From contig JAZFYE010000126.1 of NCBI GenBank assembly GCA_036475395.1, positions 6,850-70,849 of the forward strand: DNA of 64,000 bases, given 5' to 3'. The DNA comes from Phycisphaerales bacterium (GTDB taxonomy: Bacteria > Planctomycetota > Phycisphaerae > Phycisphaerales > SM1A02). Of this stretch, positions 1-8,060 are shown one piece after another (the first letter of the stretch is position 1; the number at the start of each line of letters is the position of its first letter). Made by a program: the position numbers and the translations under genes. The notes beneath the pieces are model-generated. The model did not search any database and had not been told where the DNA came from. It saw nothing but the letters and a program-made list of their open reading frames with translations.

Positions 1-369
1 GTCAAGATGTCTGACGACGTTCTCTCCTTCGAACTTCACGTCCATCGACCAGCTATTGAAGTACACCTTCCCTTTGTTCACGCTCGTGATGACGCCCTTC
101 TTCGCAGCGCAGCCCGCCTCGTCACCAGTGCTTTTCTTGAAGTAGGACTTGTTCTTGAGCATGACCTCCTTGCCGCTGATCTTGACCGTCTTGCTGCCGC
201 TTGTAGTATCGCTGGCCATGCCCGTGTTGGGATACGGGATTGGCACGCCAGGTGGAGTGGCGGGGTTCTCCGGCGGCGTGAAGCACACGTCTGGAAAAGC
301 GCAGATCGATTTTCCGTCTCCCGCCTTGCAGGAGATCTCTCGGCCATTGGCAAAAACGTCGTTGGCCAT
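1..369 (-). CDS. PAAR-like (DUF4150-type) T6SS effector; only the N-terminal 123 codons are present and the gene runs off the left edge
   Basis: Absent from the ORF track because no stop lies in the window. Hand translation of the minus strand from ATG 369-367 gives MANDVFANGREISCKAGDGKSICAFPDVCFTPPENPATPPGVPIPYPNTGMASDTTSGSKTVKISGKEVMLKNKSYFKKSTGDEAGCAAKKGVITSVNKGKVYFNSWSMDVKFEGENVVRHLD. This fits the DUF4150/PAAR-like N-domain of Tde2/Tse7-type toxins. ATGA overlap with the stop of the upstream gene (371-369). Confidence 0.8.
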   Translation of the reverse strand, partial: MANDVFANGREISCKAGDGKSICAFPDVCFTPPENPATPPGVPIPYPNTGMASDTTSGSKTVKISGKEVMLKNKSYFKKSTGDEAGCAAKKGVITSVNKGKVYFNSWSMDVKFEGENVVRHLD

Positions 370-1409
370 CAGGCAGCCCTCCCGGATTCGTAGCGCAGAA
401 CCATGGCCGCCCGTTCGGAGCCATCGGCGGCGAAATGACAAAGCACTCCGGGTCCAGGTGCATATCCTTTCTGAACGGCCGCCAGTGACACCGCCAGCAC
501 ACAAGGTACGATGGCGGCGCCCACCTCGCCGATGCAATCGGCTGGGTGCCAAATGTCAAACAGCTCTGTGCGATCCCGCAGCAGCCGATCGAGCCCCAGG
601 GTGGCTTCTTTGAAACCGTATTGTTCACCGCTGAGATCGGTGATGCGGTAATCGAGGTCGGCCAACGTCTGGCCGCTCTCGGCTAGGGCGGCGTTGATGG
701 CTTGGACTATCCCGTCAGCCCGCAAGGGCTCTTCTGAGTCCACCGTGGCTGGTTCCGCGCCGTAGCCGAGACCCAGGCATTGCATCTGCGGAGCGGAGGA
801 GTCCACCGCTGGTCCGAGCAGAACCGCCGCGGCCGCCTCGCCGGGGATGAACCCGTCGGAATTGTCGGCCGTCAGCAGGCGACGCTGCTCGTAATAGTGA
901 TTCAACGAGGCGGTGACAAGCAAAGTGTCTACTCCGCAAACAAGGAGGCGCTGAATCTGCGAATCGCGGTCCATGATCTGCCGAGCGTGCATCAGTGCCT
1001 TGACGCCGCCGATCCGGCCCTCGGCGATCACGGCCGACTGCGGGTGAAACCGCCGCTCGATGCGCTCGGCGATATCGCGCAAGAGCGTTTGATCCAACTC
1101 GGCGAACCGGCCGGGTCGATCAGGTTCACTCAGACACAACAACAGCGGCACGCGCTCGACGGCGTAACGCTCCGCAATGAGCGGCGCCAGCGCTTCTTCG
1201 ATGGCAGGCGCGGCCATCTCGATGAGTTTGCGGCGACCACGGTACGGCGTTTCGAACGGCACGGAGCCGCCCTGAATGAACTCGCCGTCGTACATGAACC
1301 TGGTCTCGACGGAGCCGGTGATCCCCACGCGGATGGCTGCGCAGGACGCCTCCGTGGACCAGCCCACGCCGGTGACCATGCCGGTGCTGAGGACGGCAAG
1401 CGGCGTCAT
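369..1409 (-). CDS. beta-ketoacyl synthase (thiolase-fold)-like accessory protein, apparently non-catalytic
   Basis: 346-aa ORF starting at an ATG. N-terminus MTPLAVLSTGMVTGVGWSTEASCAAIRVGI and the segments ADNSDGFIPGEAAAAVLL and CIGEVGAAIVP follow a KAS-like layout. The positions expected for the active-site Cys (GRIGGVKAL) and His (IGEVGAA) are substituted. ATGA overlaps with both neighbouring genes. Confidence 0.75.
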   Translation of the reverse strand: MTPLAVLSTGMVTGVGWSTEASCAAIRVGITGSVETRFMYDGEFIQGGSVPFETPYRGRRKLIEMAAPAIEEALAPLIAERYAVERVPLLLCLSEPDRPGRFAELDQTLLRDIAERIERRFHPQSAVIAEGRIGGVKALMHARQIMDRDSQIQRLLVCGVDTLLVTASLNHYYEQRRLLTADNSDGFIPGEAAAAVLLGPAVDSSAPQMQCLGLGYGAEPATVDSEEPLRADGIVQAINAALAESGQTLADLDYRITDLSGEQYGFKEATLGLDRLLRDRTELFDIWHPADCIGEVGAAIVPCVLAVSLAAVQKGYAPGPGVLCHFAADGSERAAMVLRYESGRAA

Positions 1410-2518
1410 CCCTCGTCCTCCTCAACGCCGCCGCGAGCGGCGACAAGGGCGCCGAGCGACGGGTAGTAGGTCTTTCCCGTATCGCGAGCACGGTACCATG
1501 CGCGCGACATGCGGCCGATGACGCACTGGCGCATCTCCAACATATTGCGCTTGAGCGGGTGCGAAGCGCGCCAGGTGAGCGTGAACCGGCCGAGGTCGGG
1601 TTCGATCACGATCGTATCGAGAACGGCCTGTACTTCGGTGTGCTCGTAGCTCGCATCGGTGAACTCGACCGGCAGGTCGATCGTGGGCAGGCGGAACGCG
1701 GTGCGGCCCTGCGGCGTGAGGTTGGTCAGCACGACCTCTTCCCCGCCCTTGGGATGTGGGAACTGCTGGTCCAGCGGCGCGCATTGGAAATAGCGCGGGT
1801 CGAAGTCGGCGGGGAGGAACGGGAAAGTGTTGTTCAGCCAGTCGTCGTCGTAGGTGCCGGCGAAGGACGGGCGTGGGGGGAACACGCGACCGATCGGGCC
1901 GAACGACATCGGCTTGAAGTCGCCGACACGATGATCGACGGGCTTGCCGGTCTCGCTGGTGTCGGGCAGCGGCTTGCCGAGAAGCGCCTTGCCGCGGGTC
2001 AGCGGGTAGTAGCCCCTGCCGATGGGGTTGGCCGGGAAGGCCTCGGATTTCTCGGGGTTGTCGGGGTCTGCGTCGGACCCGCCGAAGGCGTTGTCGTAGC
2101 TGATGGGCTTGGAGAGGAACGGCTGGGGCTCGGAGGGGGCGAAAGAGAGGAGCACCTTGTCCCAGACGCGATCACCGTGGACATCGAACCGCTTGGAGCG
2201 GCCCGCGAAGAAAAACTCGACGGTGACCGTTTTTGCGGGCCGGCCGTCTGGAGCGTACGCAGAGCCGTTAAGGAGCACGTCGCAGTAGGGCTTCTCAGGG
2301 GCGTAGTCGCTTTCATAGATCGTGGCTGAGAAGCCTGGGTCGCCCGTGAACTCATCGGCCATGACCAGTTCGACCTGCTCCTCGGCGAGTTCGGGCTCCG
2401 AGCCGTCAGTCGGCAGCGTGAAGGTGCCCTTGATGGCCACGACGGCGCTTTCGCGCCCGTCGGGATCCATGCCGAGGGTGTACCCGGCAACCATTCTGGT
2501 GGCGTTGGTTAGCTCCAT
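1406..2518 (-). CDS. DUF2169-family T6SS adaptor/chaperone
   Basis: 370 aa with an ATG start. N-terminus MELTNATRMVAGYTLGMDPDGRESAVVAIKGTFTLP is typical of DUF2169. It sits between vgrG and a DUF4150 effector, as known adaptor genes do. Confidence 0.85.
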   Translation of the reverse strand: MELTNATRMVAGYTLGMDPDGRESAVVAIKGTFTLPTDGSEPELAEEQVELVMADEFTGDPGFSATIYESDYAPEKPYCDVLLNGSAYAPDGRPAKTVTVEFFFAGRSKRFDVHGDRVWDKVLLSFAPSEPQPFLSKPISYDNAFGGSDADPDNPEKSEAFPANPIGRGYYPLTRGKALLGKPLPDTSETGKPVDHRVGDFKPMSFGPIGRVFPPRPSFAGTYDDDWLNNTFPFLPADFDPRYFQCAPLDQQFPHPKGGEEVVLTNLTPQGRTAFRLPTIDLPVEFTDASYEHTEVQAVLDTIVIEPDLGRFTLTWRASHPLKRNMLEMRQCVIGRMSRAWYRARDTGKTYYPSLGALVAARGGVEEDEG

Positions 2519-2538
2519 ATGGCGCAGCCTCTTGACGT

Positions 2539-3117
2539 TCAGTTGATCTGGACCGAACCGCCCTTGATCTTGTTGACGCCGGACGATCGGCTGAGGACGT
2601 ATGCACCGCGGATCAACACTTTCCCCGCGCGTGTGAGCGTGATGCTCGCCTTACCACACCGGAAAACGATTTCCCGATCAGCGGTAATCACCACTCGTTC
2701 CCCATCGCGTTGAACCTCCACTGCTTCCGTTGGGTCGACCCGGTCCGTCTCCGCGCGGCGGCCGTTGGGCTGCTGACTGTTGAGGACCCCGATCACCACA
2801 GGCCGACGACAATCGCCGCGCTCAAAGACCAGCAGGACCTCACAACCAACATGCCTAGGCTGGAAGTCGAAGGTCGAACGCGCGACAATCGGCTGCGGGT
2901 CCGGGTTCTCCGGGAAATCCACGATCGGCGACGCTGTGTCGGTGATGCCGGCCGCCCGGCCGATCACGGCGCTGGGCATTTGTCGGCGATCGGATGTGTC
3001 CGGTATGTTGCTGACCTGTTTCGCTCGACTGCCGCCAACACCTGCTGGGGCGCCTCTGCCAGGTACGTGCCGCGCCGATTGGCACTTTCGACCGCGCTTT
3101 GCCACGCCATTGTGCAT
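2539..3117 (-). CDS. small gp5/VgrG OB-fold-like protein downstream of vgrG
   Basis: GCEVLLVFERGDCRRPVVIGVLNS parallels the VgrG motif GQEVIVEFLEGDPDRPIITGRVYN in this same window. The C-terminus is beta-rich (ITLTRAGKVLIRGAYVLSRSSGVNKIKGGSVQIN). The track ORF starts at GTG 3144. I prefer ATG 3117, which has GGAGGAG 5 nt upstream. Confidence 0.6.
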   Translation of the reverse strand: MHNGVAKRGRKCQSARHVPGRGAPAGVGGSRAKQVSNIPDTSDRRQMPSAVIGRAAGITDTASPIVDFPENPDPQPIVARSTFDFQPRHVGCEVLLVFERGDCRRPVVIGVLNSQQPNGRRAETDRVDPTEAVEVQRDGERVVITADREIVFRCGKASITLTRAGKVLIRGAYVLSRSSGVNKIKGGSVQIN

Positions 3118-3174
3118 GTCGTCTCCTCCGAACTGAATGTTCACACGTTCGTTGCGTTCTTCCAGCCTTGTGCT

Positions 3175-5268
3175 CTAGTTCTCGAGAATCTTCTTGCCCT
3201 TCATCACGATGTCCTTCGACGCCTTTATGGTGATCTGGCCGGATCCCTTGATCGTGATGTCTTTCCCCTCGATGTTGATGGTGCCGTCCTTTTTCATCAG
3301 TATGCTGGCTTTTCCCGTCTTGATGAGAATCTGATCGCCAGCGTCGATCAGGATGTTCTTCTTAACCTTGGTAGTCTGATTGTTGCCAATCGTTATCGTG
3401 TCGTTGCCCTTGGTGACGGTGAGGTCCCGATCGCCCTCGGCGATGGTGATCGATTCGTTGCCCTTGCTGACCGTCTCGGTGCGGTTGCCCTCCGCGATGG
3501 TGATCGTTTCGTTGCCTTTGCTGACTGTCTCGGTGCGGTCGCCCTTCGCGATCGTAATCGTTTCGTCGCCTTCCTTGACCGTCTCGGTGCGGTTGTTCCA
3601 GATCTCGATCGTCTGGCTGCCGTCGTCTGAATCGGAGTTACCGACGACCAGGACCTGGTTGTTGTGGATCTCGATCGTCTGGTCACCCTTGTCCTTGTCA
3701 TCGAAGCCGACCTTCAGAGTGTCGTTGTTCTCGACGACCCTGTTGTAGTCCCTTTCAGCATGTACGTAAATTTCCTCCTTGTCCTTCTTGTCCTCAAAGC
3801 GGATCTCGTTGAAGTTGTCGCCGGACCCGTCCTTGCTGCTGCGCGACTTGAAACCGCTCTGCGTCTGGTTGTCCGGCAGCGCGTATGGGTACATGTTGTC
3901 GCCGTTGTAGACTCGCCCGGTGATGATCGGCCGATCGGGATCACCCTCAAGGAACTCGACGATCACTTCCTGGCCAATTCGCGGCAGGAACACGCCGCCC
4001 CAATTCGCTCCCGCCCACGGTTGTGAGACTCGAATCCAGCACGAACTCTCCTCATCCGATTCTCCGTATCTATCCCAGTGGAATTGCAGCTTGACGCGCC
4101 CGTGCTTCTCGGTCCAGATCTCCTCACCGTCCTTGCCCACCACCACCGCCGTCTGTGGTCCCTGAATCACCGGCTTAGGCGTGACGCGTGGAGGCCGAAA
4201 CGGCTGCGATGAATCCATCGCGCTGAACTGACACTGGAAGAACACGCCCCCGCCACCGCCAGCCGCCGAGTGATACAAGTCGGATTCGAAATGGATCGTC
4301 GTCGACATGACCAGGTACTCGCGTTCCTGGTCCTCGCGCGTATGGTCCGTCACCTTAAACGTGTACCCGGAGCAGATCCCCCAGGCATCTGATTCTGACG
4401 AGACGATCTCATGCGAGGCCTGGAGCTCCTGGATCCGGACCTTGGCGTAGCTGTCGCCGTCGGCGTTCTCAGTGTATTCACCGGGGTAGTCGAAGATCTC
4501 ATAGTCGGCGGCGGCGTGGTCGCGTTGGATGACTGACCTGGCAAGCAGGTCCTTCTTTGGCTTTTCAAAATCGTAATCGTTGAGCGCATAGACACCCGGC
4601 TGAATCGCCTGTTCGAGGGTCCAGCCGCCAATGTGCTCGATGGGGCTGGTGCTGCCGGCTGGTCGGTATGGAATCTCTTCGTAGCCGGGAAAGGTCTGGT
4701 GGGCGCTGAGGGAATCTGCGAGCACCAGCGTGTGCTTGCCCTCAGCATGCTCAAAGAAATAGTAGATTCCCTCCTGCTCCATCAGCCGGCTGACGAAGTT
4801 GAAATCCGTCTCGCGATACTGGACGCAGTATTCCCGGGTTCGGTAACTGCCGCTCAGTGAGTCGTCGAAATCGGTGAAGCCGGCGTCTCGAAAGACCTCC
4901 TTGATGATTTCGGGAACGGTCTTCTCCTGAAAGATTCTGCAGTCCGCGGTCCGGGTCAGGAGCCAGAGCCAGGGGACGATCGTCGCCTGGTACTCTGCGA
5001 GGTCACCTTCGGCGCGGGTCTGCACAAACCGACTGACGTAGCCGTTGAAGTAGCGCGTTCTGTCGTCCGGCAACTCGAGCTGAACGGTCATGTTCTGCCC
5101 CACGATGTCAGCAAAGTTGATACTCTGCTCTTCGCTGACCAGCGTGAGGTTGTAGTGAAACAGTCGGCTGAGCCGCTCTGTGCCGTTCATGCTCCTGAGC
5201 AAAAGAACGTCGTCGCCGAGCGGGCTGCTGACGGCCACTTTTCTGTATTGTTGTGTGTATTGAGGCAT
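3175..5268 (-). CDS. vgrG: T6SS spike protein VgrG (TssI)
   Basis: 697 aa with an ATG start. MPQYTQQYRKVAVSSPLGDDVLLLRSMNGTERLSRLFHYNLTL is a classic VgrG N-terminus. gp5 OB motif GQEVIVEFLEGDPDRPIITGRVYN is present. The C-terminus is a beta-helix of repeats (ETITIAEGNRTETVSKGN...). Confidence 0.95.
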   Translation of the reverse strand: MPQYTQQYRKVAVSSPLGDDVLLLRSMNGTERLSRLFHYNLTLVSEEQSINFADIVGQNMTVQLELPDDRTRYFNGYVSRFVQTRAEGDLAEYQATIVPWLWLLTRTADCRIFQEKTVPEIIKEVFRDAGFTDFDDSLSGSYRTREYCVQYRETDFNFVSRLMEQEGIYYFFEHAEGKHTLVLADSLSAHQTFPGYEEIPYRPAGSTSPIEHIGGWTLEQAIQPGVYALNDYDFEKPKKDLLARSVIQRDHAAADYEIFDYPGEYTENADGDSYAKVRIQELQASHEIVSSESDAWGICSGYTFKVTDHTREDQEREYLVMSTTIHFESDLYHSAAGGGGGVFFQCQFSAMDSSQPFRPPRVTPKPVIQGPQTAVVVGKDGEEIWTEKHGRVKLQFHWDRYGESDEESSCWIRVSQPWAGANWGGVFLPRIGQEVIVEFLEGDPDRPIITGRVYNGDNMYPYALPDNQTQSGFKSRSSKDGSGDNFNEIRFEDKKDKEEIYVHAERDYNRVVENNDTLKVGFDDKDKGDQTIEIHNNQVLVVGNSDSDDGSQTIEIWNNRTETVKEGDETITIAKGDRTETVSKGNETITIAEGNRTETVSKGNESITIAEGDRDLTVTKGNDTITIGNNQTTKVKKNILIDAGDQILIKTGKASILMKKDGTINIEGKDITIKGSGQITIKASKDIVMKGKKILEN
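3401..3616 (-). repeat. in-frame 54-bp tandem repeats (about 4 units) encoding the VgrG C-terminal beta-helix
   Basis: tcgttgcc recurs at 3401, 3455, 3509 and 3563, a 54-nt (18-aa) period. The corresponding protein units are KGDRTETVSKGNETITIA / EGNRTETVSKGNESITIA. Confidence 0.8.
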
Positions 5269-5653
5269 GGGCTGATACGTCCTCTACCTACAGGTCATCG
5301 AGAGCTGCTGGCCGTGGGGGCGGCAGCCTCAACCCGAATGGTGATGCCAACCGCCTACCAACGTGCCCCGGACAACGGAGCCTGACCGGCGGGGGGCTCG
5401 CACACCCGGCCTTGGGTCTGTGCGGCGCCGGCGCCTATCAAGACAGCCACTGGCGATTTGGCGTTCTTCCCTGCTGCCTTCCATTGGGATTCTTGTCTTC
5501 CCAGAGCCCGATTATTGTACAGGATCCTCTCGTCGCTGCACCGGGCAAAATGGGTTCGCTGGCGGCCTTTGGCTCGCTCTGGGGACAACGGTCCTGTGTA
5601 CTGCTGGCCGATGGCTCGACAGCGCCTCCAGGCCGCGTCTTGGGGCAGGACTC

Positions 5654-5724
5654 GGCCCGTCACCGTCGATTCCGGCCAGAATCAAGCGACTGGAACTTGG
5701 GTTTCCGGGGGCCGCGATGTTACA
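5654..5724 (+). repeat. copy A of a ~70-nt conserved element (inverted partner at 9829-9902)
   Basis: ggcccgtcaccgtcgattccggccagaatcaagcgactggaacttgggtttccgggggccgcgatgttaca. The reverse complement of 9829-9902 is nearly identical. It lies in the 900-bp non-coding gap between vgrG and ORF 6172. Confidence 0.85.
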
Positions 5725-6171
5725 ATAGTCACCGATGCGCACCTGGACAGGTATCTGGCTCAACCCAAATGGGGAATATCAGATAATTGAACCCTCGTGA
5801 GACACGTTTCCGAGCACGCCCAGATCGTGCCGAAAAACGGTGCCGCAGCGCGATCTGGGACTCGTGAACTGGCGTCACCTGCATGCTTGCCGCCCGCAGC
5901 GTCCGATTAAGCCAACGTAGTTCGGGACTCGGTGTGACCGGTCGTCTACCGCTACGGTTCGATGGCAACTGGCAGGCTTCGACTTCGGTCCGATGAAGCA
6001 GGTTCGTCGACCTCGCTTATCAATTTGATTGCGGAAACAGCTTCCGTTATACAATCCGCTAGTGTAATCTGACGGAGTGCCAGAGTTCAAATCATATTGT
6101 CGAATGCCCTCCTTGGATTGAATCCCTGGTAGGGCATAGAGGAATCCGCAGAGCCTTCTGGGAGAACCAAA

Positions 6172-7341
6172 ATGGGATGCAGAGTACCGGGCCCCCTTTG
6201 TATTTCGCGCAGCAACAGCGTCACCCCTGACAAACAAACCCTGGTGCGTGCGCGATCTCTTCCACCTGGCCCAACAGGCAGGGCTGCTGGACGATCACAG
6301 CCTGATGAATCGCACAATGAATTTTGGGGAGACGTTAAAGAAGAATTGAATGAGTTTTTGGAGGGTGTTAAAGAAGAAGCGAATGAATTTTGGGAAGGCG
6401 TTAAAGAGTGGACCGTTGAAGAGCCTCTCGCAATCTGGACCTTGGCGAAACTCTTCGATCAATGGGGTGAAATCAGTCACGAATGGTTCTGGAGGTTCCT
6501 CGCCCATTATCTCACCGGAGACGGTGAAGAGTTTAAGGAATTCAAGACGGTTCCATTCGAGTGGCAGAACGCGATTCGCAAAAACTGGCGAACGAGCCAA
6601 GTGTTTGCGGTTCAGAACAAGTACCCGACTCGCTATCCGAAGGGCAAGAAGTTTCGGATTAAACCGTATGACTGGAAGGGGCTCGATGACTTGACCCGGT
6701 CTCTTGGGCATTTCGATTTGACGTATTCCAAAAAAGATAAGAAAGAGACATACGTTATCGAAGACAGATACGAATTCAACTATTACGATGAAATGAACGG
6801 GAGCCTCTCGGAACATGGAGGGAAGAACGTGAAGCTTCCCAAGTGGTTATCCGAGCAGTTGCTCAGGCTAATGCCGCGAAATGAATACAAGGTTCCGGAG
6901 GGGACAGACAAGGGTAAAGTTCAGAAGTTTACAATGAAACAGAAAGACGAGGATACCTGGGACATTATTTTGCCAACAGGTTGGTTGCAAGAGAACGGTA
7001 AACCTTTTCAGTTTAGAGCCGAGTTTAGTTCCACATTTCACATCGAAGACTATATCGGGACGTTTGATGAAAGTGGGTTTTTTGCCGGCTTGGATGAAGA
7101 TGACTTAGCACATGACTTGATGTTCTTACGAAATTCGAATTCCGTAAGAAAGGTGTTTGAGTCTCTTCAGAAGAATCATGCATCCGAAGGCAAAGAAGTT
7201 GCCGAGCATTACATTCTCGGCTTAGCGGCTCGCCAGTCTTCACCAAAGCTCAGCGATCTGAAAGGCAAGACTAATCTCGTAGACCTGCTCAAAAGCGTTC
7301 TGAAGGATTCTCCCGTCGTTCAAAAGCTGAGTCAGTTGTAA
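6172..7341 (+). CDS. hypothetical protein in a low-GC stretch, with three N-terminal 11-aa repeats; candidate T6SS cargo or orphan gene
   Basis: 389-aa ORF. ATG 6172 is preceded by GGGAG 7 nt upstream. Composition is protein-like (K/E/F/W/Y rich). GC drops to about 43% in hand-counted lines at 6361 and 6901. I recognise no family. Confidence 0.6.
   Translation: MGCRVPGPLCISRSNSVTPDKQTLVRARSLPPGPTGRAAGRSQPDESHNEFWGDVKEELNEFLEGVKEEANEFWEGVKEWTVEEPLAIWTLAKLFDQWGEISHEWFWRFLAHYLTGDGEEFKEFKTVPFEWQNAIRKNWRTSQVFAVQNKYPTRYPKGKKFRIKPYDWKGLDDLTRSLGHFDLTYSKKDKKETYVIEDRYEFNYYDEMNGSLSEHGGKNVKLPKWLSEQLLRLMPRNEYKVPEGTDKGKVQKFTMKQKDEDTWDIILPTGWLQENGKPFQFRAEFSSTFHIEDYIGTFDESGFFAGLDEDDLAHDLMFLRNSNSVRKVFESLQKNHASEGKEVAEHYILGLAARQSSPKLSDLKGKTNLVDLLKSVLKDSPVVQKLSQL
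6316..6414 (+). repeat. 3 x 33-bp in-frame tandem repeat
   Basis: Encodes NEFWGDVKEEL / NEFLEGVKEEA / NEFWEGVKEWT. Confidence 0.8.
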
Positions 7342-7358
7342 CCCGCATCTGCAAACGC

Positions 7359-7931
7359 TCATCTGGCCGATGCCGCCTGAAGCAAATCGAAAAGAAAAGG
7401 GGTTAGGACTCGTGGTTTTGTGTTTTCTGAGCTGGACGAACTCTGGGGCGGCTCATCAAGGGAATGGCCGAGGTCGCCGCCGAACACGCGGTAACCACGC
7501 CGGTCGTATTCACAGCCGCCGGACATCGCGGGAACGTTGCATTTCAACCTTGTGGAGACGTAAGGCGAGACAGCGGGAAGCTCGTCCTTGGGGAAGTACA
7601 GCCTGATCCGGTCCGCAAGTTTGCCCGCAGCGCTGAGGGCATTGGAGCGGATCCATTGCACGCTTTCCTGATAGGCTTCGAGCGGACTCTGGCTGTCAAA
7701 TCGCCTCATGAAGTGGTGTTTTTGCCCATAGTCCAACCAGTGCCCAAGATTGAAAATGTCCCGGATATCTGTGGCCACAACAGCTACCGGCAATGTGGCC
7801 GAACTCAGGCCACGCACTAGCGGATGGCTCGAACAGGACGTGGCCAGTTCTTTAACGGCCTGAGCAATAAGTCTCTTGTGGCCTGCCAGGTCGCTCATCG
7901 TGACAACCCGGTTCCGTGGGCGACAGTTCAC
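7359..7931 (-). CDS. hypothetical protein, convergent with 6172-7341
   Basis: 190-aa ORF, or 179 aa from ATG 7898. Amino-acid composition is more protein-like than the antisense ORF 7464-7820. No convincing RBS and no recognised family. Confidence 0.4.
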   Translation of the reverse strand: MNCRPRNRVVTMSDLAGHKRLIAQAVKELATSCSSHPLVRGLSSATLPVAVVATDIRDIFNLGHWLDYGQKHHFMRRFDSQSPLEAYQESVQWIRSNALSAAGKLADRIRLYFPKDELPAVSPYVSTRLKCNVPAMSGGCEYDRRGYRVFGGDLGHSLDEPPQSSSSSENTKPRVLTPFLFDLLQAASAR

Positions 7932-8060
7932 CAGCCCGTGCCTGCATCTGACCGCCAGCAGAAATGCTGCTGCAGACGGTCACCGGTTACAGATCAGGCT
8001 ACCATAGAGGTATGAACCAAATCATGGCAAGATGAAACTTTGGCGGGATGAACCGGCATA

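Noticed and set aside
5316-5343. Similarity between gggggcggcagcctcaacccgaatggtg (5316-5343) and ggggggcagcctcaattcattggtc (11875-11899)
   Set aside because: Only a 9-mer (cagcctcaa) plus a G-run and scattered matches are shared. A 9-mer coincidence is plausible in 64 kb, and no extended alignment was found.
5253-6317. ORFs of 76-177 aa on both strands in the vgrG / ORF 6172 intergenic gap
   Set aside because: Composition is not protein-like (Gly/Arg/Pro/Cys runs), there are no RBSs, and the ORFs overlap one another. The region is better explained as non-coding and carries repeat copy A.
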